Shown piece after piece: positions 53,436-64,000 of a DNA stretch of 64,000 nt. This DNA comes from Eledone cirrhosa. Its lineage: Eukaryota. The first letter of the stretch is position 1; the number at the start of each line of letters is the position of its first letter. The stretch lies in contig OZ024740.1 of assembly GCA_964016885.1 (NCBI GenBank), positions 358,794,001 to 358,858,000 of the forward strand, given 5' to 3'. A model generated the notes under the pieces. That model ran no database searches, was not told where the DNA came from, and saw only the letters and a program-made list of their open reading frames with translations. The translations under genes and the position numbers were made by a program.

Positions 53436-54159
53436 TATATATATATGTGTGCGTATGTATGTGTGTGTACGTGCGTGTTTGTGTGAGTGTGTATTGATTT
53501 TTTGATTTTGAGAGTGGCTTCCGTAATAGTTGGGAGGATGTGTGTCTCCTTACGTTCATAGTAACTAGATGGGAATTTTAATATCGTATTCCATGTCACC
53601 ATTTGATACTGCCACCTACTTCCGCCACGCTGATTTTTAGGTCCATTTATTGAGTACCAATCGTTAAAAGGTGTACCGTTAAAGGGCTTAAGAATTACAT
53701 TTTATTAGTTCAAATATCAGTAAATGCTGCTATTTGTACATAATTTAAGAAATGCTATAATTTTTCTTTTTATTTTAAAGTGATATTTTCTTTCAAGTTG
53801 AATCAGTTCACTTAATAACCTTTCAGATTTTTGTTTTCTAATTTTGAATTATTTTATTATTGTATTTCGCTACTTTGCTATTTTATCTATATAAAGATAA
53901 ATTTACATATTGGTAGGTTTTGCATTAGAATATTCACTCGTAAGTTTATATCAGGTTCTAAAATTAAACAGCTTAAAAAGTACCACCTTACGATACTTTT
54001 TTATCATTTGAAATAAACAATAAAGTAATTTGACTGGATAGTCACATGTGACTAACGTTGAGTAAGAAGTGGTACACTATAGGGCTTATGGTTAGTATTT
54101 TCTACCATCATATTCAACGATGCTCTATGTCGCGCCCAGCTGCTAAATATTATTATCAG

Positions 54160-54348
54160 TGGATTGGCAGTATCGGTAGAGGGTCGGACGCTATGCTTTA
54201 CAGCAAAGAGTTGCGGCCCTTTATGGTCTGAGTTCAAATTCTGCCGAGGTTAACTTTGCCTTTAATCCTTACAGGATCGATAAAATAAAGTACCAGTAAT
54301 GTACTGGTTAATTGCTGGCCTTGTGCTAAAAGTAGAAACAATTATTAT
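54160..54348 (+). mobile_element. tRNA-derived SINE
   Basis: Same family as 49288-49480. Confidence 0.92.
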
Positions 54349-54569
54349 TAGGTAAAAATGTTTACGAACACTCAAACTTAGAAAACATTTTGATATACGT
54401 CCTATTGCCATCTGAAATCGAGATATAATTAGGAGAAATTTCTGATTCGTCATGTTAGCTTCCATATATTTTGAAATTTGAATTATCTGCTATACTTCTT
54501 TCTGACACACCTATATAAATATATTTTCAATAAAGAACTGATTTTGCTTACTTAATACATATATTAAAT

Positions 54570-54900
54570 AAGACATGGTTAACTGATTAAGAAGTTCGCT
54601 TCGGAATCATGAGGTCCTGAGTTCGATATCATGGTGGGTAGCCTTGCGCAAGTTTTTATTCAGACCTCTTGAGAGAAATAGTGTAGAGACGAAAACTGCG
54701 TAGAAATTCGTTAGTCGGTTTGTACCTGTAATTCAAAAACCTAGCTTTTTCCCACATTCTGTCTCACTGACTTGTGGATTACGTTAAATGTATACTAGCC
54801 TGTGGAATACTCAACTACTTACACCTTAATTCATAAGCAAGCCATTTTATCTATCGAACAACTGAATGCACAACGTCAGACTAGTAGGGGATCCATCATC
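54570..54900 (+). mobile_element. Old SINE of the second family (related copy ~21345-21600)
   Basis: tRNA-like head (gagttcgatatc) and a degenerate body similar to 21345-21600. Confidence 0.5.
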
Positions 54901-57900
54901 ACATATAATGTTAGAATATTTAATGCTATAATCTGATAATGAATGTTATAATGAAACCTACATATAACGTAACATGCGATGAAGAATTGAAATAGTAATA
55001 ACTATAAATTGTAATGAGCTGTTAATTACAAGGAAAACATTAATTAAAGAATGATAGTTTGCATGCATTTATCTATTGTTAATGGTAGATAGACAAACCG
55101 GGAGAATATATGATACATTGCTTAAACCTAGGTGATCCATAGTGTGTGACGGCTGATGGTCTTTGCCTACGGCCTCAAACTACAGGAAGTAGAACTAACA
55201 TTGCAAAATTGGCAAGATTCCTTTATATTTCGAGGCTGAGGAAACCTAGTTGCCACATATATATACCAATAAAGATTTATGAATAGCCGAGGTAATAATT
55301 TCTAGTGCTTCGAAATTACTGTACATATCATTAGGGGACATAGCCATAGTAGATTTTATATAAATATTATTATACTTTGAAAATGTATATTACTGATAGA
55401 GGTATGAAAATCAATAGCAGCATTATTTAAACTTGAAATCAGAAGGTGGAGGAATGATATTTATATACTAATGTCAATTGACTAAACACTGTAGGAGGAT
55501 TGGTGGAGGCGAACGAGGAGGTTGAATAGAAGGTAGGTGAGAAAGTGTAAAGTAGAATTAATCAAATGAAATATATTTCGGTAATTTATTGACATCAGAA
55601 TAAAATGCAAAGTAAACCCGCCAGCGTGTATTACATCCGAAAGTAACTTAACAATTTCTTGCCATATCATTGCACGTTTTAACACAAACCACCATCAAGC
55701 CTCACATAAAATTTCGCACGTGAAAATAGAAATAAAATTTGAATCCCTTATGATATCATTTTATTTCATGCTTTTGAATTTTCCTGTCAGCGAAATTCGT
55801 CTAAAAAAATATGTTGGAACTTTTATACAATTTCTGAACTTAGCTGCCAGACAATGAAACCAAAATTCCCGAGTACGAATCATTGTATACTATATGAATT
55901 AATTCAATATGTCGAGGAACCATTCTCCATATGTTTCTTGTTTTAAATCAATATCAACTTTTGCTTTCAATCATAAAGATAACATATTTAAACAATGTTG
56001 TATATCTATTTATGCAATTTCCTATTTTGGACATTGTCTTGTAAAAATGCGTATGTAAGCTTTTATAAAGCTAAACATAATCACGTCGAATATACTATTG
56101 ACTGGTTAACAATATTTTAGTAACTGGAAAAATGAAAAGCAAAATTTATCCTCAGTGTGATTTGAACTCAATTCGCTACCTTCGTCACGATCAACAACAG
56201 TAATGACACCTATTTTAGCAAATCAAAAGAAGAAATATTGACGTAGAAGTTCTAGATATAAATCAAGTTTGATATATTGCCGGGCAATATTAATATATGA
56301 ATGAAAATCTCTTTTCTTGTTAGTTTCAATGCGCGTTTAGCTCTTGTTTGCTAATCTCCCTCTATAAATATTACAATGCAAGTGATTAAATCGCTATCCT
56401 ACCTAAAATTGATATATTAATGTCTAGAATTAATGTCTCTCATTAGTATAAGATTACAAAATGTAGGGAAGGTATCGTTAATCAGATCACCTTTATATAT
56501 ACCTGGAACATATTTCTGCGAAGAAAGAAAAGGAGAAAAAGACAACTATTTAGATTTCATGTCGAAGCATGTAATAAAAAATGCCTCGATATTCTAACGG
56601 ATCTACACTTTGTTACTTTAAATGTGGCTTGGTGTAGCTTTAAAAATGAAATGACAGTATGATTTGTTGTTCACATTTGAAGTTATTTTACTTCCCGTAT
56701 GCCGCTCACAATCCTCGGGTAAACATACATATAGGAATATCATGTGTTTCCTTCTTTAAATATATATACGCGTTATACATCGAAAAGGTATGCCTATATT
56801 TAAGACTACATGAAAACAATCTATTTGTTGTTGTTTTATTTAACCCCAAATCGGCTCTGTTCAACCAGACCTGTGGACGAAGGTAGTCCAATCCTTACCA
56901 GCCATATTTAAGGCAAAGCGTATCCAGAGTATTTTCCTTTTAAGACAGTAGGCTGTGATTTCAGAGAGATTGGCTGCCATTTCTAGCTGTTCGAGCGACC
57001 ACTTAGATCGTTTGAATAATATTGGCGAAAGTCAGAACATAGATAAGCTACATCACAATGTAGCTCCTATAAACAAACCAGTGGATAGTCAGAAGAAGTT
57101 ATATCGAATTTGAATACCAATTTATAAATGAAAGAAACTAAGAGAATGTATAGTTTAGTTTATTTAACACACTGTATGCACTTACTTTCATTGTCCCGAG
57201 AAACGTTTCTTACCAATTTTCTCTGTAAATGATACGATTCCTAATTTTGAATCAATTCGTAAAAGTAAGGTCGGAATCAAATTTGGAAATCGAAATTGTA
57301 TATTTAGAAATAATGACTATCAGTTAAAAAAACATACGCCATAAATGGAGTTAACAAGAGACACTTCGGAATGCAGAACTTTAAAATATCCTCTCGCTCA
57401 ATCAAATTTGAACTGTAAGCGAAAATGGTTTTAACTTCCGTGCAAATCAAGTAACGTATATTATACCCTGATTTCCATTTTAAAACCACATTTATTTTCT
57501 CTAAATTCTGAACGAAAATGTCTGATTTGCATTAGTACTATGACAAATCAAAAATATAAGGATGGCTTATTTGCAATAGAATATATTGCATTTTAAAATT
57601 TGATTTGCTTTAAACACTTTATATTTCAAACGGTGTTGTACAATAAAAGTATTTGAGGAGAAGAGAAGACAGCAAGGTTTAGGGCTCGGGAAACGATTTA
57701 ATAACGGAGGTGAAAATTTAGAACATGAAATAACAATAGCATCAATTACTCCGGTAAATCACATCCTATGGCCCTTCAACAAAACATGCTGTATGATGTA
57801 GTTTGAGATAGACTATTCTGGAACATGATAGTATAATCATTGCTTTAATATATATGATTATAAGTCTGCACAATCAGAGATGATGTGTAAATAAAAACAA

Positions 57901-60049
57901 CAATGACATAGCAGCGTAAGTAAGTCACTCCAGTATTAAAATTGTATGGAGGTTTCGTTATTCCTGGAGCTCAGTTCTTATTCTATGATTGTAATATATT
58001 TATTGATAGACATTATTAAGTGTGTCTCACTTTGTTTTCATTACGCCGTATACTTTACATGGCTCCGCCCCTAAATCGTTCCAGTAGCATCTTCATTATT
58101 TTCTAAGAGAAGTTGCTAGTACCTCACTCAACTCTACTCCTTTTCAGGAGAAATATATAATATGATTTGTCTCCCACGACACTGCATTCTCATGGTGCAA
58201 CGTAGCCCCCAGAGAAGGATAGGTAGGGGAAGATAGAATATGTATATTACGAAATAATCCTAGATACTACATTAACCACAATGATTATCTCAATAGTGAA
58301 ATTTGTTTCGACATTAATGAAATATGAACTAGTGAAATTCCGCCCTTTTCATATGAAATATTATATTTCATTCTTCTGAAAACAATAAATAAATGCATGG
58401 CATTTCGATACTATTGATTATAGTCATCTCTACAAATTGGTTGCCAATCTAGTAAATAAATAGTAATTAATGTAGTATGACAACAATTGGAGATATAGAT
58501 TTTTTTGCATATCTATTTTTATTTCACAAGTCAATGAACGAAATGACATTATCAAAAACCCTCGGTTCCTTAGATAAATGCCCATTGTCTTCATTATCCT
58601 CACGGTTTCTGTTATCACTAGAGTGATAATTCCATCCGCTATTTCTGCTTCTGATATCATTTTTTTTTATCCAGAGTAGGGTTAGGAAAAAAAGCTGGCA
58701 AAAAGTGGGTATCAGGATGATTGAGCTAGGCAGGTATGCAATCCGGCATGCGGAGTGTGCAGAGGTAGTGGCTGAGCATCCGGGTCTATCATTAGTGTTG
58801 TTATGTTTTGTTGATATGCATTATGTGTGCGTGCTTGTATGTGAGGATGTGTGTTGGATTGATGTATACTTTGTTACTTCATACTTCTTTCACACTCCTA
58901 TAGCTCTCAAATGGTACATACCCACATATATCCAGACAAACTCTCGCTTATACGCACATATAAATACACACAGTCATTTATAACACATACACAGACACAC
59001 CCACTCATACATTCATCGTTGTTGTTATTATTGTTGTTGTATACCGATTGTTTGGCCACATCAATAGAGCATCAGACGAAGTGCTTTACAGTATTCAATT
59101 AAGACTTTATCTTTTGAATTCAAATCCCACTGAGATTAACTTTGCTTTTCATCCTTTCGTATTGGCAATGAAATACCAGTCAAGTAATGGAATCGACGTA
59201 GTTGACCTTCACACACTCTTCAAGGACAGGGTTATTATTTTTGTTGACATTCTTTCTTAAGTCAACTATTGGAGTCCAGTCGTAGTCTTCTTCTTCTTCT
59301 TCTTCTTCTTCTTACCAGCTGTCATTTAAACTTGGTACTGAAAATATTTTCTATTATTAGTTTTGAAAAATGCAAATATATCTGCACTGTTCTCGATATT
59401 TGCACTAAAAAAGCTATCGATTCCGATGATGCATTCAACAACCAAATAAATAATTGCCTGGAAAAATCGAAATGTTGCTCAAATAAGAAATTGAATGAAT
59501 GTCTGAAAAACTGGTTGACATCTTGATTAGAACGTAAATGCCGAAGCAATAGTAATTTCAGCCATGAATAATTATATTTGGAAAAAGACACTTTCAATGG
59601 CTGCATTTCAATCAGGAATTGTTTTGTGTTTTTAACCATGGTTTTATGCAACATGGAAGAATATTGACCGTGACATCTTGATTAAATTGAAGTGACGGAT
59701 ATAGAAAAAAAAACAACGAGAATACTCGACCAGGGAAAGACTTCCAGATTATTTAATACAGTGGGGGGTAATGATGTTTGAATAGCAGGAAGTGTAAGGG
59801 TCTGAAAAGGAAAACCTAGAATGGGTAAGGAGAAAAGGAGAGGTGTCTCTGATGCTAGCTAGGTAGCTCTTTTTCTAGTAACAGTAATGACAGAATGAGG
59901 CGACAATGCGTTCGTTGATTCTAAGTTTGAATATGTTGGTAAATGTTTGTCAGATATTCAGATAATTGTCTCCCCCGTGTGATGTGGGATGATTTTGTAT
60001 ATATTTGCAGTACCCTTCTAGATGTGGGAACATTATTTTATTGTGTAAA

Positions 60050-60185
60050 GTTACGTCTCTTTACGATCTGAGTTCAAATCCCGCCGAGGTTGACATTGCC
60101 TTTCATCCTTACGGTGTCGATAAAATAAAGTACCAGTAATGCACTGGGTAATTGCTGGCCTTGTGCCTAAAGTAGAAACAATTAT
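60050..60185 (+). mobile_element. tRNA-derived SINE (5' truncated)
   Basis: Same family body and tail. Confidence 0.9.
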
Positions 60186-60445
60186 TTTATTGTGTAATTT
60201 ATAGCACATTTTTTGATTTGCCAAAGACCAGAGATTGTGATAAAGAAGACTGTTTCCTTGATACTGGTAGTAATTGTATTTTGCAATGCTAAAAGAGACA
60301 TTATGGTTTTTCCCCAACCACATTTTCAGTATACAAGGTTTTCGAGATCGCAATTTATGAGACAGTGCAAATTTAAGGCGGGGGCATATGTAAATGACGC
60401 CCGAGTGTCACATTTTAAGGAGACATAAAGATGTGCATCATCTAG

Positions 60446-60485
<40 letters not shown>

Positions 60486-60829
60486 TTAGAGGTCACAGAA
60501 AGTAGGTCGTCAATGAACAGGAAAAAGTGTGTTACATGAGCAAGATTTGGAAACAGTTCATCTTATTTTTTATGGTTAACTTTACGTAAGTTCATTTACG
60601 TTCCGACCGAAATCTTTACCATGTTTACTATTAAATGAACACAAACTTTGCAAGATATGGACATTGTAACCGGATATCTTATATATATGCAGATAGAATA
60701 AGCACAGATAGAATGACCTTACTATGTCTGCTCAATCAGAGATACAAACTCTCAAATGTTATTACATAAAAGTGTAAGTAATATAATCAACTTCCTCATT
60801 ATTGAGTTAGTATTAATAAATAAATACAA

Positions 60830-61230
60830 TAGTTAAAAAAGGCACTCATTACATGTGTGAAAGCGACGTCCGAACGCGTATATTCCACTAGCAACTAACT
60901 TACCCTCCGCTTCTGGGTCTCGGCCGACAAGATCGAGAATGCATTGCCCTGGAGGCCTGCAAGTGAGACGCGCTGGAATAGCCAGTCCACCTTGCGGCGT
61001 TCGCACCTGCGGGTGGCCAACTCTGCCTGCCCCGATAGCAGTGAGCAGGGATGTGGTCCGGGGGGCCAAGAACGCCGGAAGTCCCCGTTGCTACAGGTTC
61101 TACCACAAACCTATCCGAGATCGGTCGATACTTGGATAGTTTGCTCTCTTCGGCTTGGCGGGCAGCAGAGCCTGTGCTGGTAGCCGAACGGACAATGTAG
61201 CCAATTGAGTAGGTTTCGCAGATCATCGAA
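60830..61230 (-). mobile_element. CRE-clade non-LTR retrotransposon 3' fragment (REL endonuclease); 75-bp duplicate at 61723-61798
   Basis: GSAARQAEESKLSKYRPISDRFVVEPVATGTSGVLGP and RISLAGLQGNAFSIL (QRGNA motif region). Confidence 0.8.
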
Positions 61231-61616
61231 ATGGAGAGGGAGTATGAATGAGGTCATATGAGCTGCTAGAAATAACAGCCAAATCGTTCTCAAATAACAC
61301 ACGTGACAATAAATTAAGATGAAAGACATATTATACCTTAAAAAGAGAGGGCATGTTCGAATATGATCATAATTCCAATCGATCAGCGTTGAGGTTTTTC
61401 GATGCTTTGATTCTCAAAGTAATACCAATTTGCAAACGATTGATGCCTAGTCATAAATCACCCTGGGCGCACATGTACATACACACAGACCGACATAAAA
61501 AGAATATCGATTTTTTATAATTTGATATAAAGACCATATTAATTTATGCGACTCCTCCAAACATTTTAATGTATAAACTTTACACCCCACGCACGCACAC
61601 ACGCACACACACACAC

Positions 61617-61717
<101 letters not shown>

Positions 61718-62267
61718 CATATGTATTCCACTACCAACTAACTTACCCTCCGCTTCTGGGTCTCGGCTGACAAGATTGAGAATGCATTGCCCTGGAGGCG
61801 ACACAAACAACTCCCTTTTCCTCCTCCTCTTCCTCCTTCTCTATCTCCATTCCTCTTACTCACCCCCTCTGCCTTCTACACCTTCTCGCTCCCAGTTCCT
61901 CCGTCTTTCACCCTTTCTGCGCTCGCTTTCACTGAGAATTGACATGGATTTACGTAGCTCCGCTGTTATTATGGCCCCTGGTCTTAAACCCAACAGCTTT
62001 TTAAAACTTGATGTTATTTCCTGTGTTTCCCCCTTCTGTCGATATGTTTACTTCTTTTTTTTCTTTCTTTTTTTCTTCTCACTTTTTTCTTTCTTTCCCT
62101 TTCTTCGCTATCGCTTCTTTCCCTCATGACTTTTTGATAGATAAAAGGGTATCGGCGCGCTACAGATAGATGTATTGTTTATAATGCGCCGAAACATCCG
62201 TGATCCGTAGTAGACAACTGACGAAGGGAAACTGTCCATCTCTTGTTTGTGTCGCCTTACCTTCTAA

Positions 62268-62319
<52 letters not shown>

Positions 62320-62353
62320 CGTTAGAAGGTATATATATATATATGTGTGTATG

Positions 62354-62388
<35 letters not shown>

Positions 62389-63481
62389 GTACAGACACAT
62401 ATATGTATATTCATATATATCCGTGTGTGTGCATGTGTGCATGCATATTCCTACGGTATTAGAATTTCACCTTCCTTACGTTACAGTTCGTAAGTTTGGT
62501 ATTGTGTATTATCGTTTTTAAATCGTTTGTTAACCCAGTGTATTTTTTATTTCATATTGAGTAAGAAACTAATTTACTAAATCTGTAACTAACACCTTAC
62601 ATGTACATACATATATTTACGTCTAATCCTGTTTTCTTTGTAAACAATGTTTTGAAAATAATATTTCCATGCAGAACTACCATGATTCTTATTCAACAAG
62701 TTGTTATCAAATTGTATTATTCTTTTATTTCCCGTGTAATACCGGCTACCTTGCTAGCTTTACCGCTGTGTATATTGATTCCTATTTGAATATTGTTTCA
62801 CAGTCAGACTAGTTTATTGACACTTCTAACATATACGTAATCGTGAGAAATAAAGATATCCTTATTGTAACTCATTTACTTTTTAACTAAAGTGAATATG
62901 TTCTACAAATTTCAATGTGGCCTTTGAATTGCAGATTTTTGTGTGGGGTGAAAGGAGATATCATTATCTCTTATAATCTTGTCATATTAAAAGAGCACAA
63001 ATCAATCATTATAGCAGATATATTCAATGGGGAATAATGTTGTTATTATAGACACATAACGATTCTGGAATGATTATTTGAAAGAACATATTTGAAAGAC
63101 TGAATATTATATTTGTGCTCATTATTATAAACTTTTGAAATTTTAATATGATGTTTCAAACAAGAGCTTTCTTCATTTTTAACAGATTAAAAAATAAATT
63201 CGATATGGCACATAGCTAGCTTTGACATTCTGACAATATACACGACATTTCTGGAATGAATTATATATGATTTCTTATTTGCGTTTATATTTCAGTCAAA
63301 GAAAGCTATATATGTGACCTTTGTTTTCTAAACTCATTGCATGTTATGTACAATAATATATCAATTGATTGTATAGATCATTGAAAATCTGGTAACAATT
63401 CTAGACATTATAAATGTCAATATCACAATATATATTATCACATATTCTGAAAATTTACAAACAGCAAAAAAGGTTTCATTA

Positions 63482-63830
63482 TGGCAGTATAGTTACGTCC
63501 CTTTACGATCTGAGTTCAAATCCCGCCGAGGTTGAGTTTGCCTTTCATCCTTACTGGGGTCGATAAAATAAAGTACCAGTAATGCATTGGGTAATTGCTG
63601 GTCTTGTGCCTAAAGTAGAAACAATTATAATATTATATAAGGGCGGTGGATTGGCAGAATTGGTAGAGGGTTGGACATGCTTTCCAGCATAGTTACGTCC
63701 CTTTACGATCTGAGTTCAAATCCCGCCAAGGTTAACTTTGCCTTTCATCCTTACGAGGTCGATAAAATAAAGTACCAGTAATGTACTGGGTAGTTGCTGG
63801 CCTTGTGCTGAAAGTAGAAACAATTATAAT
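63482..63830 (+). mobile_element. Head-to-tail tandem pair of tRNA-derived SINEs
   Basis: 63482-63630 and 63638-63830, each ending gtagaaacaattataatattata. Confidence 0.92.
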
Positions 63831-64000
63831 ATTATATTGTTTTTCTATACATTATTTATAAATCAATGACATTAGTCTGGCGTAACATTTTTGAATAACG
63901 GAAATATAAACCGTTTAGCCTGTGAATATTGTTTATATTATACAATATCAAATTTTTACTACAAATTACATTGACTTTTAAAATGCTGCCATCATCTCTT

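Noticed and set aside
62145-62232. gcgccGAAAC ... CTGACGAagggaaa as a type II hammerhead
   Set aside because: I could not assemble consistent stems I and III.

Overview
AT-rich, microsatellite-dense animal genomic DNA. The SINE family and repeat landscape suggest an octopus or other coleoid cephalopod (inference, not searched). Most ORFs in the track are (AT)n/(CA)n/(GA)n artefacts. One host exon is supportable: a + strand first coding exon (23240-23568) with a hydrophobic leader and an LRR N-terminal cap, ending in a phase-2 GT donor as in LGR-type receptors. I found no second exon in the remaining ~40 kb. The rest is mobile DNA: a GC-rich, nearly intact Neptune-like Penelope retroelement (PLE; RT + GIY-YIG, minus strand), three Naiad-like GIY-YIG relics, a cluster of R4/Dong-like LINE relics, RTE, CR1/Jockey and CRE fragments, an internally deleted mariner, a hAT MITE and more than 10 tRNA-derived SINEs. 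The most striking hidden layer is about a dozen intact or degenerate hammerhead ribozyme (HHR) motifs on both strands, often inside inverted repeats. One family has a full-size type I fold with a UUGAUAA core (U3-A8 compensatory variant). Several foldbacks also lie in the presumed intron. All folds were assigned by eye and need computational and biochemical confirmation.
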